Assembly (NCBI GenBank): GCA_903842795.1
Contig: CAIMNJ010000011.1
Span: 3,166-67,165 of the forward strand
DNA from: an uncultured bacterium
GTDB lineage: Bacteria > Patescibacteriota > Microgenomatia > UBA1400 > PJMF01
Length of the DNA stretch: 64,000 nucleotides
Reading direction: 5' to 3'
The position numbers were made by a program, and so were the translations under genes. The notes beneath the pieces were generated by a model. It was not told where the DNA came from. It saw only the letters and a program-made list of their open reading frames with translations, and did not search any database. Below are positions 63,369 to 64,000 of this stretch, one piece after another; positions within the stretch are counted from its first letter, which is position 1, and each line of letters starts with the position of its first letter.

Positions 63369-64000
63369 ATGACAACTGGTCTAAAAATCATAGGGGGAGC
63401 CGTCATTCTTTTGGCGGTTTCGATCGGAATCTCGATATACTTTCACTGGAAGTTTGTCGAGTTTATGGCAATGTTGGCGGTTCTAGTTATGATCGCTACT
63501 GCCGCTCTGGTTGCTTACGCGAGGAAACCAGACAACAAAATGAGCGTGGGCTGGATCTTTATGGGTACTTTCGTGGCTGGTTTTTTGATGTATGTAGGCT
63601 GGAGCATGAACTTTGCTCCCAAGCAGTACACCTACCAAAGCTGTGCGCAGTTTTACCAAATCGTACAGTTGCCACAACCGTCGGAAGGCGGTTGTACCAA
63701 AGAAGATATGTCAAGCGTTCTAAATGCTCGTCAATATATCGTTGCAGGGGAGAACTTCTCTCCTGAGATGAATAAAGGTCTCACCAGTGATTTTGAAGAG
63801 ACTTGGCGCGCAGAGCGAGAAGGCAATATTGTAAGCCCTGCTTTCCCACGCTTCCAACAGGCTTGGGGTAGATATCAGGCGGCTCTGGCTAATGAGGCTA
63901 GTGACCGCTTGACTCTTAACCCAGCACAACAGAAAACTTCCTGGGCATTTTTATACGGGATTATTTTGTTGGGTTTCTTGATCAATGGAGCGGCAAGCTA
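63369..64000 (+). CDS. Hypothetical membrane protein, 3' end truncated by window edge
   Basis: My own translation from the ATG at 63369 gives 'MTTGLKIIGGAVILLAVSIGISIYFHWKFVEFMAMLAVLVMIATAALVAYA...'. This has 3-4 TM segments and no stop codon before the window ends. An RBS-like 'GAGAGGAGA' lies upstream. It is not in the ORF track, which lists a different frame. Confidence 0.45.
   Translation, partial: MTTGLKIIGGAVILLAVSIGISIYFHWKFVEFMAMLAVLVMIATAALVAYARKPDNKMSVGWIFMGTFVAGFLMYVGWSMNFAPKQYTYQSCAQFYQIVQLPQPSEGGCTKEDMSSVLNARQYIVAGENFSPEMNKGLTSDFEETWRAEREGNIVSPAFPRFQQAWGRYQAALANEASDRLTLNPAQQKTSWAFLYGIILLGFLINGAAS

Noticed and set aside
63353-63766. ORF-track CDS 63353..63766 (+), an Arg/Cys-rich 137 aa
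   Set aside because: The translation has implausible composition. A different frame starting at 63369, preceded by a GAGGAGA RBS, encodes a convincing multi-TM protein that continues past the window end.

Overview
This window looks like a small, AT-rich bacterial genome, roughly 33-36% GC by eye. It is gene-dense and carries a conserved translation core. That core is secE-nusG-rplK-rplA-rplJ-rplL on the minus strand; a tRNA-Thr/Tyr/Thr cluster followed by rpmG; tRNA-Trp; rpmB; def-fmt; thrS; cysS; hpf; topA; dprA; recR; tgt; and radC. The small proteins and ribosomal-protein extensions are compatible with a reduced-genome lineage such as the Candidate Phyla Radiation (Patescibacteria). That placement is inference only.

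Two metabolic clusters stand out. The first is a cell-envelope set: murF, a MurD fusion, a tagA-like gene, a divergent mreB, mreC-mreD-PBP2, an O-antigen-ligase-like TPR protein, and galU-like and GT28-like transferases. The second is a thymidylate / de novo pyrimidine supercluster: dCMP deaminase, HIT, thyA, a CofE-like gene, a DHFR-like gene, dut, tmk, an argG-MGS fusion, a pyrC-like gene, pyrD, pyrE and pyrF.

There are no CRISPR arrays, integrases or transposases. The items most worth follow-up are listed below.
- A 900-aa MurD whose N-terminal roughly 470 aa is a PP-loop-like adenylating domain with a Cys cluster.
- A Cys-rich modular surface protein paired with a membrane-anchored dockerin-repeat protein.
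- A roughly 420-nt structured noncoding region upstream of the tRNA-rpmG cluster, with nested inverted repeats, 32-nt direct repeats and mutually exclusive hairpins.
- A thrS-linked hypothetical operon that includes a 1048-aa coiled-coil protein.
- ArgG fused to an MGS-like domain at the head of the pyr operon.
- A CofE-like/DHFR-like pair.
- An abrupt compositional shift at about 62.75 kb, to roughly 50% GC, which may be a horizontally acquired segment or an assembly chimera.

All calls come from reading motifs in the provided translations and the raw sequence. No database searches were run.
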